A stretch of DNA of 13,811 nucleotides. It comes from a virus. The first letter of the stretch is position 1; each line of letters opens with the position of its first letter. The DNA lies in IMG/VR virus record IMGVR_UViG_3300046047_000096; one strand, given 5' to 3'. The position numbers and the translations under genes were made by a program. The notes under the pieces are model-generated. The model was not told the origin of the DNA. It did no database searches and saw only the letters and a program-made list of their open reading frames with translations. Positions 13,459-13,811 of the stretch are shown one piece after another.

Positions 13459-13811
13459 TTACCAGTTCTGATTCGCGGATTCACGTAGTTCACCATTGCG
13501 ATACACTTCAGCGAATGCTTCAAGCGAAACCGCAACGTACTCGTTCCAATGTCGGTCAGTGATCGGAATGCCCAGTGAGTCCAGCAGGTCCAGCCAGTCG
13601 CTGGCTTTGTCCTGGTAGGTCATGTACATGTAGCGGATCAACTTCCGGGGCTTTGGTTTCAACTTCTTCACCGCGGCATCCACGGCGGTGATCTCATCGC
13701 TGGCATCAATCATTTTCACCATCTGCTGTTCTTGGCTGTTGCCACTAGGCGGCTGGCGTGGCATACCGTCCAGCGCCACGGCCTGGATATGCTTCACCCG
13801 GTCCACCTTCA
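13459..13811 (-). CDS. ArpU/RinA-like late transcriptional activator, 3' portion (5' end runs off the window; 13685-13811 duplicates 1-127)
   Basis: The ORF is open to the right edge. The sequence ...QMVKMIDASDEITAVDAAVKKLKPKPRKLIRYMYMTYQDKASDWLDLLDSLGIPITDRHWNEYVAVSLEAFAEVY resembles the ArpU family (sigma-like C-terminal HTH). Confidence 0.7.
   Translation of the reverse strand, partial: KVDRVKHIQAVALDGMPRQPPSGNSQEQQMVKMIDASDEITAVDAAVKKLKPKPRKLIRYMYMTYQDKASDWLDLLDSLGIPITDRHWNEYVAVSLEAFAEVYRNGELRESANQNW

Larger units (their letters stand above)
1..13684. mobile_element. Complete circular 13,684-bp phage satellite, capsid-forming PICI-like (integration, immunity, replication and head/packaging modules; no tail or lysis genes)
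   Basis: Exact 127-bp overlap of the window ends closes the circle. Gene content was read from the translations (int, XRE repressor, Prim-Pol, SF3 helicase, terS/terL, portal, protease-MCP, connectors, HNH). No ORF of tape-measure size and no lysin-like or holin-like ORF is present. Confidence 0.75.

Noticed and set aside
1-13811. CRISPR arrays, rRNA or tRNA genes, IS elements
   Set aside because: No regularly spaced repeat-spacer structure, no cloverleaf-capable segments, and no transposase-like ORF or terminal inverted repeats were seen.

Overview
The window is one complete circular element read slightly more than once. Bases 1-127 are identical to 13685-13811, so the unit is 13,684 bp. 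I read it as a phage satellite of the capsid-forming PICI (cf-PICI) type from a Gram-positive host. The host call rests on strong AGGAGG-type RBSs and gene families typical of Firmicutes siphophages; a Lactobacillaceae origin is only a guess.

Plus strand:
- an XRE-type repressor (4773-5381)
- a tyrosine integrase (5446-6594)
- an attP-like non-coding region (6595-7121)

Minus strand, running head-to-tail around the circle and through the window junction:
- an excisionase-family HTH gene
- about six tiny early genes, two of them below the ORF-track cutoff
- an AEP Prim-Pol and a D5/P4-type SF3 helicase
- an iteron origin
- a small ORF
- an ArpU/RinA-like late activator, split by the window ends
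- a head-closure protein
- an HNH endonuclease
- a putative cos region
- terS and terL
- a small 2-TM protein
- a portal
- a prohead protease fused to an HK97-type major capsid protein
- a gp6-like head-tail connector
- a strong terminator

I found no tail, tape-measure, baseplate, holin or endolysin gene. I also found no tRNA, rRNA or CRISPR array. All functional calls come from reading motifs in the supplied translations. No database search was run.
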